A DNA stretch of 64,000 bases, taken from NCBI RefSeq assembly GCF_001194135.2, contig NC_068985.1, positions 71,653,000-71,716,999 on the forward strand. Reading direction: 5' to 3'. Positions 24,205 to 36,595 of this stretch are shown here, in pieces. The notes under the pieces were generated by a model. It did not search any database. It was not told where the DNA came from and worked only from the letters and a program-made list of their open reading frames with translations. How positions within the stretch are numbered: position 1 is the first letter of the stretch; each line of letters starts with the position of its first letter. The translations under genes were made by a program, and so were the position numbers. The stretch comes from Octopus bimaculoides (Eukaryota).

Positions 24205-24600
24205 CGCAGTGCCATGTTTCATTCCTTGTCACTGATAGAATTAAATGTATTTAACATTGCTGTCAAAGACCAGACTAAACATCTATCTTTCCCTCTTTCA
24301 AATCTGGTTTCAGTTGCTGAGATACCCACTTTACACTCACTTTCTGATACCCAAAGTCTTCTGCCATCTTCTGTAATGCAATGTAACCACGGTCAAGTTG
24401 TTCAGCAAGCTCACAGATTGTGACTCATCTGTCCATATCGATTTGTGCCAGTAGTCACAGCTGATCGCCTACTGTTTGGGTTGGCTTGCTTTTACTCATC
24501 TGTGCACATAGCTCCTGTGTCATCTCTGTAAACAGCCTGTAACCCATCTGTGTATGTTGAGCAGTCTGCACCCTTTTATCAGCATATCTCAATGACAGTA
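24205..24600 (-). mobile_element. mariner-type transposase pseudogene fragment
   Basis: Minus strand reads ...VTICELAEQLDRGYIALQKMAEDFGYQKVSVKWVSQQLKPDLKEGKIDV*SGL*QQC*IHLILSVTRNETWH, matching the mariner WVP-x-x-L and IVTGDETW motifs. Confidence 0.8.
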
Positions 24601-24784
24601 CTTTGTTTCTGCTTCAAACCATTATTTGCTTACAATAAAAAGAGTTACTAGACTAATATGTACTGTTTGAACAACCTGTGTCAGTTAATGAAAAAGCTAT
24701 GCCCACTTTTACATTACTTTCTGTTCAGTACCTTAAAGTGTGTGTCTTATGTGCATGCATGTAATGTACACACACACATATAAA

Positions 24785-24831
<47 letters not shown>

Positions 24832-24832
<1 letters not shown>

Positions 24833-25150
24833 TCTTTTATCACTTATCTGTTTCATTCATTGGACTGCTATCATACTGGAGCACTACTTTGAAGAGATTT
24901 TAGTTGAACAAATCAACCCCAGTACTTTTTTTAAAAAGCCTGGTGCTTATTCTATCTGGTTTCTTGCTGAACTGCTAAGTTATTGGGATATACACAACCC
25001 AACACTGGCTGTGAAGTGGTGTGGGACACACACACACACACACATACACACACACAAACATGCACATACATGCACGTATATGACAGTCTTCTTTTAGTTT
25101 CCATCTACCAAATCCACTCACAAGGCTTTGGTCGGTCTGAGACTTTAGTA
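24832..25150 (-). mobile_element. SINE family A lacking its head, abutting the RTE fragment
   Basis: tttccatctaccaaatccactcacaaggctttggtcgg and ctggagcact...cctggtgcttattctatc are the reverse complement of A. Confidence 0.85.
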
Positions 25151-25159
25151 TATATAGTT

Positions 25160-26058
25160 TCCCATTGGACTATACTAGCTTCATTCCTTTCTAGTCTTTA
25201 TGTGTCCTCTGCATTCAGGGCTCACATCTCACTGCCATTTAGTATTGCTGTTCACACACAAGCATCATACAATCTGTTTTTGCTCTGAGACATGTTGCCA
25301 ACAGAGGTCGTAACTCTCTGAACTATCTTCATCCTATTCTTATTCTAGTAACTATACTTTCAGAACGTCCTCTTTCACTGATAATTAGGTCACCTAGGTA
25401 AGAAGATTACTATGTTTATGAAACTTCCTGAGAATTTGAGACAATCTGTGTATCTGGTGTTTTTATTGTTCCTGCACATGTGCCACATTTAAAGTCTCCA
25501 TTTTCTTAACCTTCCTGCAATTCCTCTTCATCTTTCATACATCACAGAACTCCAACAACCTTGTTCTTTCTTTATTTCTAGAACTAAAGCTGTAACTACC
25601 ATGTACACCCTGGAATCCATTGGGGTGCTGCCCGACATGTCTGTTGAAGTCACTAGCCATGATAATAAGGTCATTGTTATTCATTATTGCAGTAATCTGC
25701 AAAAGGGCCTCATAAAATTGTTCCATCTGTTCATCTGCCAGCTAAGATTATGGAGTATACACAGAGATAAATGTCACTGTTGCTTGTTCAAGATAGTTAT
25801 GTCTGAGCTTAACTATCTTATTACACACTCTGACTACCTCAATTACTTTATCCATCTCTCTGCCAAAAGTATACCTACACCATCCATTCCATTACTGCTA
25901 CCTATCCAAAAGAATTTTGTTTTTTTATTCCTTGTCTGTGAGGAGTCTAACTGGGGCTCCTACCGTTTTACTGCTTGCACACAGCACGCGTCTACATGCC
26001 TCTGCCATTACATTTCAGTAGTCTCTCTGGTCCTATCTTGCATTGTGCCAACATTCAT
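25160..26058 (-). mobile_element. RTE LINE relic: APE endonuclease joined directly to the post-RT region (internal deletion)
   Basis: LRATTMNVGTM...FFWIGSSNGMDGVGILLAERW..VIEVVRV...EQFYEALLQ..DLIIMASDFNRHVG..GVHG....RN...TRLLEFCD, then from about 25538 R*RGIAGRL/NGDFKCGTC...YLGDLI...ESIVTRIRIG...RLYDACV..AILNGSEM*AL...RLERNEAS. Confidence 0.9.
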
Positions 26059-26080
26059 TGTGGTGGCTCTCAAGTTATGT

Positions 26081-26123
<43 letters not shown>

Positions 26124-26178
26124 CTCACATACACACACAGAGATATTTGTATGTATGTGTGAATCTCTCTCTCTCTCG

Positions 26179-26213
<35 letters not shown>

Positions 26214-26223
26214 NNNNNNNNNN

Positions 26224-26260
<37 letters not shown>

Positions 26261-26593
26261 AAAACATGTATGTATATATATGCACATAAACGTATGTATA
26301 CATATATATTTATATATGTGTATACATACATATATGTACATGTGTGTGTGTATAGATATATATATATATGTATGTATGTATGCATATGTTTACATGTGTA
26401 TGTACACACACACACACACACACACACACATTAGCTGTCTGTATGGTTTTGAATCTATGTGTATTTGGATACATTAGTATGTGTGTGCATGTTCCTTATA
26501 TACCTTTCTGTCAGTGTGTATTTGATAGCTTTGGATCTATTATCATCATTAATAAATAGCTACCATTTCTTCCCAGCCCCTGTACAATTGTAT

Positions 26594-26596
<3 letters not shown>

Positions 26597-26669
<73 letters not shown>
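26597..26669. repeat. (GA)n microsatellite
   Basis: Uninterrupted GA run of about 73 bp. Confidence 0.98.
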
Positions 26670-26672
<3 letters not shown>

Positions 26673-26834
26673 GAGCCCAGAGGCAAATGAGGAGATGGAT
26701 ATGTTGAACAGATCATTTACTGGTGTGTGCCGATGATGGGCTATAACCCCTCTGCCCAGGCCTCAGGGGTCTTTTGTAGTCTTTTCCTGTTTAGTTTCTC
26801 CAATCTCACTCGCTCACTCTTGTCAAGAATTAAG

Positions 26835-27050
26835 TATATCTATCTATCTTGCTAACCAGTGAACTATCTGTATTTCTATCTGTCTATTTATCAATCAGTC
26901 AGTTTTTCTTTCTGTATTGCTATCTATCTATCTATCTATCTATCTACCTATCTGTCTATCTATCTATCTATCTATTTATCTATCTATCTATCTTCTCTAT
27001 CTATCTATCTGTCTGTCTATCTATTTCTATCATATCTATTTACCTATCTA
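26835..27050. repeat. (TATC)n / GATA tetranucleotide microsatellite, imperfect
   Basis: Repeated tatc/tgtc units. Explains the YLSIYLSI ORFs at 26849-27165. Confidence 0.95.
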
Positions 27051-27394
27051 TCCTCCCTGTCTCTTATGTACACACACACACACATGTACACACACACACA
27101 TGTACACATCCACACTGACACTTCTATATACACTCTGGAATATATATAGTCTTTCTCTCCCTTAGATAACACATTCTTGCTCTGTCTCTTTCTCTTTCCC
27201 TCCTTTCCTCCAACTCCAACACGCACTGTCACACACATATACTCATACTTGAATAGAAGTACTTTCACACAAACATTCACTCGTACGCCATGGTAATCTT
27301 TTATGCGTACATATACATTGTAAAGGAGTTAGCTGTATAGGGTAATTTTAATGATAATGCTTTTACAATTCTAGTAACACTACCTCCCACTCTA

Positions 27395-27450
27395 ACCACC
27401 ACCACCACCACCACCACTACCACCACCACCACCACCATCATCATCACCAT
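27395..27450. repeat. (CAC)n/(CAT)n microsatellite
   Basis: accaccacc run. Explains the poly-Val in ORF 27301-27642. Confidence 0.95.
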
Positions 27451-28497
27451 TAGATTTAGAGAAAAATATGAGGTGTGGGAGAGGGACAAAGATTTTGCGC
27501 TCTCTTCCTCATCTTCTGACTTTGACAAAATAATTATCTTATTTCTGGTGTCCTTGTTGCTTGTTTTATATTCCGTATAATTATTCTGTTTGAGGGCAAA
27601 TTTGTCAAGGTGATTATTTTTTTTTAACAAACCAACAAACATATAAAAAAAAAAGACAATAGATGTAGGAAGTGAGGGAAGGAATTAGTGACAGGAGTCT
27701 TCCCTTTCATCTATGGATTATCTTGGATTAATATCAAATCTGACTTCAGACTAAAGAGTGTGCCTGTGATTACTGTCAAACTATATCTTGTCTGTTATAT
27801 TTTAAAAGACTGGACTTAATCACAGATCGAGGCAGTAGGCAATCCCTGGGTATTCATCTTTCAAGTTATCACACCACTCACTGTTTATTCACAAACAAAT
27901 CTACTTATATCTATCTTAACTCATCTCTGTCTGGTAGTGATAGTAAAGACATTATACTTCATTCAAAAGGTCTACTAAAACTGAAACATTTCCTGCATTG
28001 TAACCATACTACAAAGATCACATGCACTTCTCATATCTTTGCTTCCATTCTGTTTTTAATAAATTTTTGTTTCTTTGAAATTTCAGGGTTGTCTTTCCTC
28101 TCTTTCTTGACCTGAGTTAATCATTAATCTAATGATTCTTGCTTCTCACCACTCATAGTTTCATTTGGTTTAATTCTAATTGGTTAGTGCAGACATTACA
28201 TGTAAGATTGTCTACAAGGGAGAAGGGAAAAACAATGGGATACTTAATGGAAACTAAATAATATTAATAAAAACATTAATAATAACTATCAGGACCTGTG
28301 GAAATTCCATGGTATAAGTCAGAGCAGATTTGAAAATGTTGTGTTAATATATTGAATACAAGCAAGGATTTTCAAAAAAATTTTTTAGATATCCTACCAT
28401 TTAATAAGTTACAGCTTATTTACCTCCTTGTAATACAGGTGTGATGTGCTTTATAGTTTAAGGAAATAAAATATAAATTTAAAAGATAAAACTTCTT

Positions 28498-29140
28498 CAT
28501 TATTTAACGTCTGCTTTCCATACTGGCATGAGTGAAATGGTTTGACTAGAATTGGTAAGCCAGAGAGCTGCACTAGGTTCCAGTCTGATTTGGCATGGTT
28601 TCTATGGCTGGATGCCCTTTTTACCACCAACTACTCCGAGAGTATAATGGGTGCCTTTTTACATGCCACCGGCACGACACTGGTAACCACCATGACTATG
28701 ATTTCATGGGTTTCACTTACATGACATTGGCAATGGCCATGACTTTAGTTTCACTTGGCTTGACAAGTTTTCTCAAGCACAACATATTGCTATGGTCTCA
28801 GTCACTTGTCATCACCTCCATGAGATCTGACATATGAAGATCATGCTACCAGCAACGGCCCGTGGTTGCAATTTCTTGGGTTCCATATACATGATACTGG
28901 CAATGGCCACAACTACGGTTTCACTTGGTTTGACAAGTCTTCTCAAGCATAGCATATTGCCATGGTCTCAGTCACTTGTCCTTACCTCAGTGAGGCCCAA
29001 CATTCAAAGATCATGCTTCACCACTTTGTCCCTCACCTCTGTGAGGCCCAACATTTAAAGATCATTTTGAAGATCATGCTACCAACAACAGCTACGATTA
29101 CAATATTATTATGATTTCACTTGGCTTCACAAGTCTTCTC
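28498..29140 (-). mobile_element. RTE 3' end with internal tandem reiteration
   Basis: RTE tail at 28498-28720, then the block ...tttcacttgg(c/t)ttgacaagt.ttctcaagca...ggtctcagtcacttgtc...aagatcatgct repeated at about 28720-28860, 28890-29017 and partly 29030-29140. Confidence 0.85.
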
Positions 29141-29782
29141 TATATTATGTTAATTTTTACAATTTTGTTTTATGTATGGCCCTGTACCTTATTTATTGTT
29201 AGAGAATAGGACAGCTTTACAGGGAACTGAACTTGTTCTGAAATGAAATGAAGGTTGGAATCATTTGGGGCCAGCTTCATGCAAGAACAATGGGATACCC
29301 AAAAGGAAACTAAATAATATTAATACAAACAATAATGATAATAATAAGGATTTCTAACAAAGGCACAAGGTTTTCCATATTACCCCATTGATTAGAGCTT
29401 TATTTTATTGGCTCCACAGTGATGAAAGGTAAGGTTAGACCTTGGCAAGATTTGAACTCAGAATAAAGGGATATATATAGTCAAATAATGCAAGGTATTT
29501 TGTCATACACTCTACTGATTATGCCAATAACTGTCTTTTCTTTTCTTTTTTTCTTAAGATGGAGAATGTCAATTTAAAATCAAATTAAGAACATAGATTA
29601 TTCAAGTGATAAACCTACACTTTGCTTTTTGTCAAAATGTTGAGAGGTGTTGTGTATAATATGCTGACGATAATAATGATTACTAACATTAAATTGTTCT
29701 ATGGAAATTAAATTATTTTCTAATTTAATTATCTCTATTTTAAAGGCCTTAAATTATATTTTGGAAAATGTGTGCAATTATA

Positions 29783-30295
29783 CAGGGTGTCTCAGAATTA
29801 ACTATCTATTTCAGTGAAATTGGACAATTTAAAAAAAAAACTCTTTTATTTATGTTTATCATGTTTAATATCTGTTAGAAAGGAATACATTTTTGATTAT
29901 ATTTTTATGATTTATTTTTATGATTTTATTTTCATTCCTGTTGCTTCCCATTATCTGTCCACGTCAGCTTTTTCTCAATTTGGCTGCAATCATTTTCTCT
30001 ACCTTGATCCCCAGGATGGGGCAATAATTTAGCTGAACTTAAAGAACTCATTCAGTAAACAGTGCCAGAGATAACTCCTGAAACACTTCAGAATGTTTTG
30101 AACGCTAAGGATAGATTTGAAATTTGCAGGAAAACAGACAGAGCACATATTGAAAATGTTCAATAAAGTTTTGACGTAAGATTTATAAATCTGTTTGTTT
30201 TAGTATCATAATTAAGTAATAAACATAAAATTCTGTCAGTTTTTTTTAATTTGCCTGATTTCATTGAAATAGATTGTTAATTTTGGAACACCCTG
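29783..30295 (+). mobile_element. Tc1/mariner internal-deletion derivative (about 60-bp TIRs, TA TSD)
   Basis: TA|cagggtgtctcagaattaactatctatttcagtgaaat versus right-end reverse complement cagggtgttccaaaattaacaatctatttcaatgaaat, with TA outside both ends. Internal transposase C-terminal relic NNLAELKELIQ*TVPEITPETLQNVLNAKDRFEICRKTDRAHIENVQ* (30023-30166). Confidence 0.9.
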
Positions 30296-30479
30296 TATTA
30301 CCCACCCCTCCCCAGTGCTTTATTGATTCTTATTTTACTCCACTTCTCCTTTACCAAAAAGATGAACTGCAAACTTGATTCTGGAAGGATGTGATGATAA
30401 TGGTTGATTTCCTTCTTACCATGAGAGTTGGTGGTATTATGAAGACAAATTGTAAACTGTTTAGTGAGGTAGGTATGTA

Positions 30480-30873
30480 GGCCTAGGCATGGCTGTGTGA
30501 TAAAAAGCTGGCTTCACAAACACATGGTTACCGGTTCAGTCCCACTGTGTGGCATCTTGTGCAAGTGTCTTTTCTATAACCGCAGACTGACTTGTGAATG
30601 GATTTGGTAAATGGAGACTGAAAGAAGCCCATTGCATATATATATATATATATATATATTTACCTATGTGTGTGTGTTTTTCTACCACCACTGCTTGACA
30701 ACTGGTGTTGTGTTTATGTCCCTGTAACTTAGCAGTTCAGCAAAAGAGACGGATAGAATAAGTACTATGCTTTAAAAAAAATAAGTCCTGGTTTCAGTTT
30801 ATTCAGCCAAAACCCTTCAAGGCAGTGCTCCAACATGGCTGCAGTCTAATGACTGAAATAAGTAAAAGATAAG
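30480..30873 (+). mobile_element. SINE family A, full-length, CpG-decayed
   Basis: Colinear with 9537-9880, with CpG sites converted (gaagcccattgcat, tatgtccctgtaacttagcagttc). Confidence 0.9.
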
Positions 30874-31066
30874 AGAGAAAGATATGTTACATGAAATGAA
30901 CTGAAAACAATGAAAGAGAATGTAAGACATCATTCAACGAATGTACTCTAATAAGAGGACAACCTCTAAGGGCTCATCAGAGAATCCCACAAATATTGTA
31001 ACTAAGGACATTATGAAAAAAAAAACACAAACAAGAATATAGTGGTTGTTACAAGGATGGAACATA

Positions 31067-31284
31067 CGAGGGGGTGCTGAAAAGTTCCTGGCATTCGGTA
31101 AAAGGAAATGCAAGATGATCAATCAATTCTGATTTTATTCAACATATTTCCCCTCTCAGATTCACACACTTATTGCAGCAGTCCTTCAGTTTTTCTAAGC
31201 CCTGTAAAAGAACTTGGAAGGATGGGCCTCCACCCAGGCCATTTGTGATACTCTTAAAGCCAGCAACTTTTTAGCACCCCCTCA
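31067..31284. mobile_element. mariner-type MITE (218 bp, 26-bp TIRs, TA TSD)
   Basis: cgagggggtgctgaaaagttcctggc versus right-end reverse complement tgagggggtgctaaaaagttgctggc, 23/26. TA at 31065-31066 and 31285-31286. Confidence 0.9.
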
Positions 31285-34200
31285 TACATTATGGAACAAG
31301 AAGTTACACACAAACATAATATAAATATATGTTCTTTTAATTATTAATTTTTTTTTTTATCAATTTCAATCATTGTAATGTGGCCAAGCATGGGCAAAGC
31401 TTTCATGGGTTCTAGTGAAATATATTAGCAACCTCAACACTTATTTCAGCCTTCTATTTATATTATTGATCTTCGTTCAGCTTCTTAGGGATGGGACATA
31501 AAAGAACCAGCATAAATAACAGGTTTTAAATAAATTGGATGCAGACATGGACACACACCTGCATGCACAAATGCATGCATATGATTGTGTGTGTGCATAT
31601 GTGCAATAAGCTTCTGTGCAATTTCCATCTATCAAATTCCATTGCAAGGCTATAGTAGAAGACAGTTGCCTGGGATTCTACACCGTGGGATCAACCCAAG
31701 AAAATTGTGGATGTCTATGCATGCACACACACATATACACACATATACATATACATACACATATCTTTATATAAATGTATGTATATCTGTCTATCTATTG
31801 ATATATATATATTTGTATGTATGTAACAGAATACATATTTTATACATTTCCTGAAAGGAGCCAATGAAGGAGTTGTTACATATATAATTGATCAGCTAGA
31901 AATAGTCACCAAACCTTCCTCAGATTCCACCTTAAATAATGAAGAATGCATTAGATAATGTAGTCAAACTAGGATACCTGGATCATTGGTCTGCTTGATC
32001 AGAGTTGACCTAATGTTAAGCAACAATATTGTATGTTTTAAAAGGGGGATGGCTATTTGGGGAAAAATCAGGGCATCCAGCAAAACCCCTCATTACCTAT
32101 CTTCACTAAGGTATGTATCTTCTCCATTATATGAATCTACAATAAAAATTGGGGACGAGATCCACTCAGCTATTATGAAGATGATAATAATGATGATTTT
32201 TAGCATAGACTACTGGTAATTTATTCTGTTGACTGGAAAAATGAAAGGCAAAGTTGACCTCGACAAGATAATAATGATGTCTTTGTCACAAGGGTGACCT
32301 GCAATAAATACACTAATGCACACTAGTACAAAGTATTTTAGGTGTACAAAACCATCAGTGTACAAAAGACTATAATAATAGCATGTGTGTGCATGGGAAT
32401 GTAGTGAGATAATACAAACAGAATATGAAAGCAGAAACAAAACGAGGATAAAGATACCTTGGGAAGTTAGTAGGAAGTAGAGAGGAAATTATACTAACAG
32501 CAGACTAAATGGGGTTTTTTTTCCTTTTTCTTTTTTCTGAAAATCACTGATGTAAATTAATGTACAGATATTACTCTGTGTAAACTAACCATGTAATAGA
32601 GGCTCAGAGAAATGGATATTTTGGTAATAGAGCGAAAAGCAAATAATTTAAGATCCTAGATTGTGTTACATCATATGATTAGCAAAGATGAAGGAAAAGA
32701 AACTGAAAAGGTGGAAAATTATTTCAACTTGGCCAGGGAATTTATCATTGAAGTATAAGGAACAACAGCACCGTGACAGTAGTGAAGGGACCTTCAATGT
32801 GATCACTTGACCTGCACCTGTATGGTCAATTAAATCATCCTTAATATTTATGAACTTTTACTGAACAGTGGCTGACCTCTTTGGAATGGATTTCACTATC
32901 AGCTAAGTCCACTGTAAGGACTGCAGATTTCATCTGTCTGCTGATTGTGAAGAGTAATATGGTGTGCTAAACAGAGATGGTGAGCTGGCAGAATTGTTAG
33001 CACACTGGACAAAATGCTTGGTGGTGTTTTGTCCATCTTTACATTCTCTGAGGATAGGCATTTTCATCTTGAACTCTGTGACTCTTACAGGCAAAAGTGA
33101 GAGTCAAAGAAGTGGGTGCTGCCTGTTACTGCATCTGCTAGAAGATTGAGAAGAGGGAAGAAAATAGCCCGAGTCAATGGGTCAAATAGTGGAATAGTGA
33201 ACCTCAAGGCACTAAGAAAGCTATACCTAAATAACAGCATATAACAACAATTTGGCTGAAAAATTATTTTGGATAGAAACGGTCAAAGGGTGTCAGCCTT
33301 TTACTACGCAAGAGGATTTTATGTTTACATGCTATTATTTATATCTTTATGTGTGCTTTGAGAGCCAGTATACCCTTATCTCAAACACACACACACTTAC
33401 ACACCCATATATATATAGATATAGGTTTAAATACACGTGTGCACCTATACCTTTTATGCATTAGTTGTTTCCATCATTGGATTGTGGCTCTGCTGAGGCA
33501 TCACCCTGAAGGAGTTAGTTGAACAAAATGAGCCCAATACTGTTTATTTTTTTTCTTATCATTACATCTGCTACTTGTTCTATTGGTGTCATTTGCCAGA
33601 CTGTTTGATTATGAGGACACAGACACAACAAACCAACACCTATTGTCAAGTGGTGGTAGGGTGGACAAAACACAAAGCCACACTCACACACACATCACAG
33701 TTTCCATGTACCAAATTCACTCATAAGGCATTGGTTAACTCAGGGATATAGTAGATGTTTACCCAAGGTTCCAAAATGAGCTTCCTAACCATACACTCAT
33801 ACTTGCACCTACACACTGCATACCACTACAGGTGTGTGTGTAGGTGTTTTTATATATATATGTGTGTGTGTTTATATATAATTATATATATATATATATA
33901 TATTGCATTTTCAATCATTCATTTATCTAATATTATTAATATCATATTTTTATAAATGTTGTTCCATCATTTTCAAAGTATTCAGTTTTAATGAATTGAT
34001 TTCTCTGTTTAATGTTATTGATTTTGAATACCAAGGTTTCCATTTATTTAGATTTTCTGGTCAATATTGATTTCTGACTTTGAACTTGTTCTTCTGAATA
34101 ATGGTAATCTAAATCAGTGAGATTACTCTTATCCTCTCACATGTAGCAACTTGTCTGTCATTCTCTGTCTATATTTTTGTCTCCTGGTTTCGTGGTTAGT

Positions 34201-34499
34201 TGCTTTGGTTGGTGGTTTCGGTTCCTGAATTTCTGTCTCTTATTATTTATTTTTTATTGCCACTTCTGTGGTTTGTTTGCTGTATGAATATTCTTTTATA
34301 TGTTCGAGTCATTGAACAGTGGCCATACTGGAACACCGTTGTGAAGTGCTTTAGTCAATCATAAATGTTTTTTGTGTGTGTCGGGTACTTATTTTATTGA
34401 ACTCTGAGTTTGTAACTGCTATGTGCAGGATAAAAAAAAAACCATAGTATTAGTTTTATCTTTCAGTTTCACTCACAAGGAATCAATTTTACCCTAATT

Positions 34500-35025
34500 T
34501 TGACTCTTTAATATTCAGATTATTCTATCAGATGTATCATCATCATCATCGTTTAATGTCTGCTCTCCATGCTGGCATGGGTTTGACTGGCATGGTTTGA
34601 CTGAAGCTGATAAGCTGGAGAGCTGCACCAGGTTCCAGTTTTATATGGCATGGTTTTTATGGCTGGATGCCCTTCCTAATGCCAACCTCTCCAGGAGTGT
34701 AATGGGTGATTTTACATGCTACTGGCATAGGTGCCATTTACATGATGCTGGCAACGACCATGACTCTGATTCATGGGTGCCATTTACATAGCACCAGCAA
34801 CAACCAGAATTCACAGGTACTTATTTATTCACCTTGTTTTTAATTAATCATGCATTATCTTGTTGCTTTGAGATATGTTGCTTTGTTCATATGATACATT
34901 TTTAGAATGACAATATATGAAAATATATTCCTTGAGCGAGAGGCCAGATCTGGCCAGTTTGAACATAAAACAGGTAGAATATTTGGGCCAGTGATGGCTG
35001 CTTTAAACAAACACGAAAGGGTTAA
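34500..35025 (+). mobile_element. piggyBac-type MITE family 1, interrupted by an RTE tail
   Basis: Left end ttgactctttaatattcagattattctatcagatgta (34500-34536) resembles the ttaaccc.t.agcattcagattactctgt.aaatgta start of the other copies; resumes cttatttattcac at about 34820; ends aaagggTTAA (35022-35025). Confidence 0.85.
34537..34812 (-). mobile_element. RTE 3' tail inserted in the piggyBac-type MITE
   Basis: tcatcatcatcgtttaatgtctgctctccatgctggcatggg...ggatgcccttcctaatgccaacc. Confidence 0.85.
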
Positions 35026-35517
35026 TGCAGTGGAACCCAACTTTACAGCATGTGGTACTGCAAAACCACATCTCTTCCCTTTCAACCAAATGTATGCTAA
35101 AATAAATGTTTGTACTTAAAATTTAACTATTAAGAAATGATTTTCATTCTGTTTTCCTTTGGAAAGAGATACATGTTTCTATAGCAAGAACGTATGACTG
35201 CTAAAGATAAGGTACAGATAACTTTTAAAAAGTTCATGAATTCAATCTGTCCCTTCCATTAGCCTCCAACCCATGCCTTCCTGTGATGTATATGATATGA
35301 ATATATATGATATGGAATCGGATCTGTTTGACTGCATAGATCTCAAGATTAGAGGAGTGGGTATGTAAAAAGATGCAAAATTGGGAGCATGTATTTGCTT
35401 AAGTATATTAGCCATCAAATTACATGTTACACAGTCTTAAAAATAAGGAGGATGCATGAGATAATGTTGGTTTAGATATCTTTATGTAAGGGGATGGCCA
35501 CAGCTGGAAAGCATTTC

Positions 35518-35925
35518 TCTTTTACCTTTTACTTGTTTCAACCATTTGACTGTGGCTATGCTGGGGCATCACATTGAATAGTTTTACTTCAATGAATCAA
35601 CCACAGCACTTCTTTTTTTTGTTTTTTAGTCTGGTCCTTATTCTATCAGTCCCTTATGCTGACCTGCTAAGTTTTGGGGGGACATAAACACACCAGCACT
35701 TGTTGTCAAGTGATGGCAGGGGGACAAACACAAACAGCGACATGCACAAATACACGCACACATATATGATGGGCTTCTTTCAGCATCCGTCTACCAAATT
35801 CATTCAAGGCTTTGTTCGGCCTAAGGCTACAGTAGAAGACTCTTGGCCAAGGTGCCTTGCAGTAAGACTGAACACAGAACCATGTAATTGGAAAGCATGC
35901 TTCTTACCCCACAGCTATGCCTGCT
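35518..35925 (-). mobile_element. SINE family A, full-length
   Basis: Reverse complement of A from the tail (ttttacttgtttc) to the head (gcttcttaccccacagctatgcctgc). Confidence 0.85.
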
Positions 35926-36324
35926 GTAGAAATAAAGTCTATCATTTCTAGCAGATTGCGTACAACTTCCTCTATATGATTGCACTCAAACTGTTGGAAG
36001 TAGTTGCTATATCTTGCCTCAAATTACACACTATCTAAAAATTGTAGATGGACTCAGCAAGTAATGCAGTTTTAGATGTCTCTAAAAAAGAAGCGATCAG
36101 TTTTTATAAGCAAATTCTGATGAGCTGTAAGAACAACAAAACTATTAATACTTGTCCTTCATTCCAAGCTGTGGAGCAGTTATGTTGTCTGGCAATAGGG
36201 TTTTATTTCATAGGGAAGCAAGATACATGTGAATAGAACTTTTGTATATGCATCAATATCATGGACCAATTTGTATTATTGGTACTCTAGTAATTTATTG
36301 AAAGATAATGTCATTTCCACACTC

Positions 36325-36595
36325 TAGATCAGCCATTTTTACCTATGGATCAATTTGATTCCTGTTTCACTTTGATGAACCCTAAAGATCATTTGATGTT
36401 TAAAAAATGCCATTATATTTTTTATGATTAAGTATCATTTGAAATTGTATTTGAAAAATTGTTAAAATATTTTGTGTCTTGTAGAAGTATAAACCAATTT
36501 ATTGCATAGAAATATGACCTATTTATTGCAGATAAATTTTAACAACAAAATCTTATGTGGAACCCTAAGGGTCATATGGACCCTAGTTTGAGACA
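36325..36595 (+). mobile_element. hAT MITE, degenerate third copy
   Basis: cagccatttttacctatgg at the left and aaaatcttatgtggaaccctaagggtcatatggaccctagtttgagac at the right resemble the ends of 44753-45086. Confidence 0.5.

Noticed and set aside
20482-26058. Hypothesis that the RTE pieces at 20482-21030 and 25160-26058 are one element split by a 4-kb insertion
   Set aside because: They overlap by about 50 bp (the RLERxEAS region) and the overlap is clearly diverged, which favours two separate copies.
25601-26434. Longest ORF (277 aa, plus strand)
   Set aside because: It is the antisense frame of the RTE APE relic running into microsatellites and a gap.
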